This document shows, piece by piece, positions 60,083 to 64,000 of a stretch of 64,000 bases of DNA. A program made the translations under genes and the position numbers. The stretch is from contig NIVC01001592.1 in NCBI GenBank assembly GCA_002269645.1, forward strand, positions 62,001-126,000, read 5' to 3'. The stretch is from Macrostomum lignano. Taxonomy: Eukaryota. The notes beneath the pieces were generated by a model. The model saw only the letters and a list, made by a program, of their open reading frames with translations, was not told the DNA's origin and searched no databases. Every line of letters starts with the position of its first letter. Positions within the stretch are counted from its first letter, which is position 1.

Positions 60083-60356
60083 GGGATTGTAGCCTACTGG
60101 ATAGAGCATTAGACTTGTGACTTGAAAGTCAATTCTCGATCCCACCTAGAAAAATTTGTGTCCTTGAGCAAAACAAATTAACTATATTGCTTTAGTTCAC
60201 ATAGCTTTATAATGGGTATTAGTTGTAGCTGGGATATATATGGCAACCCTCTAGTCCTTGGACTAAATAGCCATATGCAGCCTTCAGATGTGCTATGTAA
60301 TAGCTATAGCTAAGCTATTTATTGCACATCTGACCCATTTAGGGCAGTTGTAATCG

Positions 60357-60396
<40 letters not shown>
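60083..60396 (+). mobile_element. tRNA-headed SINE family 2 with conserved-core-like middle and (ATT)n tail
   Basis: TAGCCTACTGG A box, degenerate TCGATCCC B box, GTGTCCTTGAGCAA...TAATGGGTA central motif and a 13-unit ATT tail. Confidence 0.72.
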
Positions 60397-60397
<1 letters not shown>

Positions 60398-61050
60398 TTT
60401 TTGCAATAATAAAACTATATAATAAAAGTCACTACAATATTTTTATTATAAATAAAACTTGACTTTTATATCTTTCCTATTTTAGTTTTTTTAGACAATA
60501 GTTATGGCAAAGCAAGTCTTTTATAATAGTATAAAGTGTATTCTAAAATAAAATATTAGGCCCTATTATGATAATACGTAAAATTTTGTGTTTGTGTTTT
60601 AATATCTAATAAAATGTTTGTTGTGTTTTAAATGATAAAAAGATGAGAATCCATGTTTCTTTTTTATTTAGCTATAAAATACATGTTAGGGCCTAAAAAT
60701 ATTTGTGTCATTCTAAGAGCATTTATACACAGGTTAGAACTAATGCAAATCATATGCACTCATATAGAGTCTAGCAAATCTTGGCTATTCTTGGTCATGG
60801 AGGTTGGGAACTAATTTGGTTATGAATAGGGCAGAACTCTTGTAAGTATAGCATCTTAGTGATTGTGCATTGGCTTGCCTTGAATACATGTAATAAAATA
60901 TGAGCCATAGAAGCCATAGAATATGAGCCATAAAAATATTTATCACTGAGATATTACTTTTTTGGTCCGTTTAATCCTTTAGAATTCCTATAAAATATTA
61001 TAAATTTCAGGCTTCAAACTACCCGAAATATTTTTGCAAGCAGAATTGCT

Positions 61051-63277
61051 ATGCCAGGTTTGATTGGCCACATTTGTCGCAGAAGCAGAGTCTGCAACAC
61101 TGCTTTCATTCGATTCTGTTCATCTACTACTGCTAGTAATGAATCGGCGCCTACAGCAGTCTATGCCAGTCTTGTTGCCAAGGGCCACCTGCGCCAGGAC
61201 TCGCATCAGCTGATGGTGCTTGAACCGCTGGACCGTCTGCATGCGGAACTACTGACCAGCGGTCATCTGCTGACTGCACCGTCAGCAGCAGCATCTTCAG
61301 CAGCTGCCGGATCTGCCGGCTTGATGTCGCGGCTGATGCAGCGATGGACAGCCAAGTCAGCTCCGCAGCCAAGTTTGGCTGGTCCACGCGGCCTCTATAT
61401 TTATGGCGGCGTTGGCGGCGGCAAAAGCATGCTAATGGACTTGTTTTTCAACTGCTGTTCAGGTTCTGGTGGCGAGCCAAGCTCTGCCGTGCTTGCCAAG
61501 CGTAGATTGCATTTCCACGCATTCATGACCGAAGTGCACCAGATGATTCATCGGTTCAAGCAGGCGGACAAGTCTGTTAAGGTGACAAATTGCTGGCATT
61601 TTCTGTTTAAAAGGACCTGGCTTCTTTCCACTGCTGGTTCCTAATTGACCTTCATTGGGTTGGGCCGCTGTGCTCCAGGGTCCTCTATTGGGTTGGGCCG
61701 CTGTGCTCCGGGGTCCTTCATTGGGTTGGGCCGCTGTGCTCCAGGGTCCTTCATTGGGTTGGGCCGCTGTGCTCCAGGGTCCTTCATTGAGTTGGGCCGC
61801 TGTGCTCCAGGGTCCTTCATTGGGTTGGGCCGCTGTGCTCCAGGGTCCTTCATTGGGTTGGGCCGCTGTGCTCCTAGGTCCCTCATTGGGTTGTGCCGCT
61901 GGCTCCCTAGGGTCTTTGATTGGTTAGGCCGCTGGTTTCCCAGGGTCCTACAATAGGCCGCTGGTTCTCCAGGGTCTTACTCCTACAATAGGCCGCTGGT
62001 TCCCTAGGGTCCTACAATATGCCGCTGGTTCCCTAGGGTCCTACAATGAGCTGCTGGTTTCCTAGGGTCCTACAATATGCCGCTGGTTCCCTAGGGTCCT
62101 ACAATAGGCCGCTGGTTCCCTAGGGTCCTACAATATGCCGCTGGTTCCCTAGGGTCCTACAATATGCCGCTGGTTCCCTAGGGTCCTACAATAGGCCGCT
62201 GGTTCCCTAGGGTCCTACAATAAGCTGCTGCCTGCTGGTTTCCTAGGGTCCTACAATAGGCCGCTGGTTTCCTAGGGTCCTACAATAAGCTGCTGCCTGC
62301 TGGTTTCCTAGGGTCCTACAATAGGCCGCTGGTTCCCTAGGGTCCTACAATAAGCTGCTGCCTGCTGGTTTCCTAGGGTCCTACAATAGGCCGCTGGTTT
62401 CCTAGGGTCCTACAATAGGCCGCTGGTTCCCTAGGGTCCTACAATAAGCTGCTGCCTGCTGGTTTCCTAGGGTCCTACAGTATGGGCCGCTGGTTCCCCA
62501 GGGTCCTACAATATGGGCCGCTGTTGGGTGACGAATCGTAGGACCCTGGGTAATCAGCTGACGCTGGTTCCCCAGGGTCCTACACTGACCAGATACAGCC
62601 GCAACCCGTCATGCACCGCAGGGCGCCTACGACCCCATCGGGCCAGTGGCTGCCGACATCGCCAGCCGGACCCGCCTGCTCTGCCTGGACGAATTCCAAG
62701 TGACGGACATCGCCGACGCGATGATTCTGAAACGCCTGTTCACCGTGCTGTTCGCCTCCGGCCTGGTGCTGGTGGCCTCGTCAAACCGGGCCCCGGACGA
62801 CCTGTACAAGAACGGGCTTCAGCGGGTGAACTTCCTGCCATTCATACCCATTCTGAAGCGGCACTGCGGCATTGTGGAACTCGGCTCCGGGGTGGATTAT
62901 CGCAGACTGGCCCGGGACAAAGACGCTGCTGCTGGCTCTAGCGGCTCCATGCGTACCTACTTTCTATCTGGCGATGCCGATTCTAGCGTTGCCATGGAGA
63001 CGCTTTGGAAGCGATTGTGCTCGGCCGAGGCGGGCCCGGCCGGGCCGACCCGTCTGCGCGTGTTTGGCCGAGACGTCAGCTTTGACAAGTGCAAAGGCGG
63101 CCTGCTGTGGGCGAGCTTTGATCAGCTGTGCTGCCAGCCGCTGGCGGCCGCCGACTATGTGGCCGTGTGCCAGCGCTTCCACTGCCTGTTTCTGCACGGC
63201 GTTCCAGTGCTGTCGCTGCAGAACCGGAGCGCTATGCGGAGGTTTATTACCCTGATAGATACTATCTATGATAATAG
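61051..63277 (+). CDS. AFG1L: AFG1-like mitochondrial ATPase (LACE1), partial
   Basis: Exons 61051-61581 and 62622-63277 joined in phase 0; next donor GTGAGG at 63278. Walker [26 protein letters not shown], Walker [16 protein letters not shown]-like [16 protein letters not shown] and [12 protein letters not shown]. Confidence 0.95.
61650..62520. repeat. Two adjacent related minisatellites (33-bp, then 29-bp) filling AFG1L intron 1
   Basis: TTCATTGGGTTGGGCCGCTGTGCTCCAGGGTCC about 8 times, then TACAATAGGCCGCTGGTTCCCTAGGGTCC about 18 times. Both share GGCCGCTG..AGGGTCC. Confidence 0.93.
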
Positions 63278-63324
63278 GTGAGGATTAATTTCACTTTGTC
63301 GCTTTCGGGTCTTTATTGACGCTT

Positions 63325-64000
63325 TTATGGTGTGGCGCTTTGTAGATTTTGGCGCTTCTGTGGTGTGGCGCTTTGTAGATTTTGGCGCTTCTGTGGTGTG
63401 GCGCTTTGTAGATTTTGGCGCTTTTGTGGTGTGGCGCTTTTGTGTAGATTTTGGCGCTTTTGTGGTGTGTCGCTTTGTAGATTTTGGCGCTTTTGTGGTG
63501 TGGCGCTTTGTAGATTTTGGCGCTTCTGTGGTGTGGCGCTTTGTAGATTTTGGCGCTTTTGTGGTGTGGCGCTTTTGTGTAGATTTTGGCGCTTTTGTGG
63601 TGTGTCGCTTTGTAGATTTTGGCGCTTTTGTGGTGTGGCGCTTTGTAGATTTTGGCGTTTTTGTGGTGTGGCGCTTTGTAGATTTTGGCGTTTTTGTGGT
63701 GTGGCGCTTTGTAGATTTTGGCGTTTTTGTGGTGTGGCGCTTTGTAGATTTTGGCGTTTTTGTGGTGTGGCGCTTTTGTGTAGATTTTGGCGCTTTTGTG
63801 GTGTGTCGCTTTGTAGATTTTGGCGCTTTTGTGGTGTGGCGCTTTGTAGATTTTGGCGTTTTTGTGGTGTGGCGCTTTGTAGATTTTGGCGTTTTTGTGG
63901 TGTGGCGCTTTGTAGATTTTGGCGTTTTTGTGGTGTGGCGCTTTGTAGATTTTGGCGCTTTTGTGTAGATTTTGGCGCTTCTGTGGTGTGGCGCTTTGTT
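63325..64000. repeat. 33-bp intronic minisatellite (TTTGTGGTGTGGCGCTTTGTAGATTTTGGCGC(T))
   Basis: About 20 units, running off the right edge. Confidence 0.96.

Overview
Eukaryotic (metazoan) genomic DNA, not prokaryotic. Spliced GC-rich genes with minisatellite-filled introns and AT-rich spacers resemble the flatworm Macrostomum, but this is an inference from style only. Host genes: CEP192/SPD-2-like (minus, 3' end beyond the left edge), an MPP/p55-type MAGUK (minus), a secreted LamG-like protein, CEP164 (plus) and AFG1L/LACE1 (plus, 3' end beyond the right edge). Two large, apparently complete mobile elements are present. One is a ~9 kb CACTA/EnSpm (CMC) DNA transposon (819-9786; 35-bp TIRs, 2-bp TSD) with a transposase and accessory ORFs, including a probable coiled-coil+BEN protein, inserted in an intronic minisatellite of CEP192. 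The other is a ~8.5 kb Gypsy LTR element (27412-35918) with gag, a -1 frameshifted pol and an unexplained non-env third ORF behind a splice acceptor. Smaller elements are a 5'-inverted RTE-like LINE, two more LINE fragments, a deleted Tc1, four hAT MITE copies with 8-bp TSDs and tRNA-derived SINEs. About 18 unrelated tandem arrays make up roughly a sixth of the window. Other notable signals are two dispersed copies of the 28S rRNA helix 69-71 / R2 target segment (one inside a MITE) and strong CpG-to-TpG/CpA decay between paralogous MITE copies. Coordinates and splice sites were read by eye, and no database search was run.
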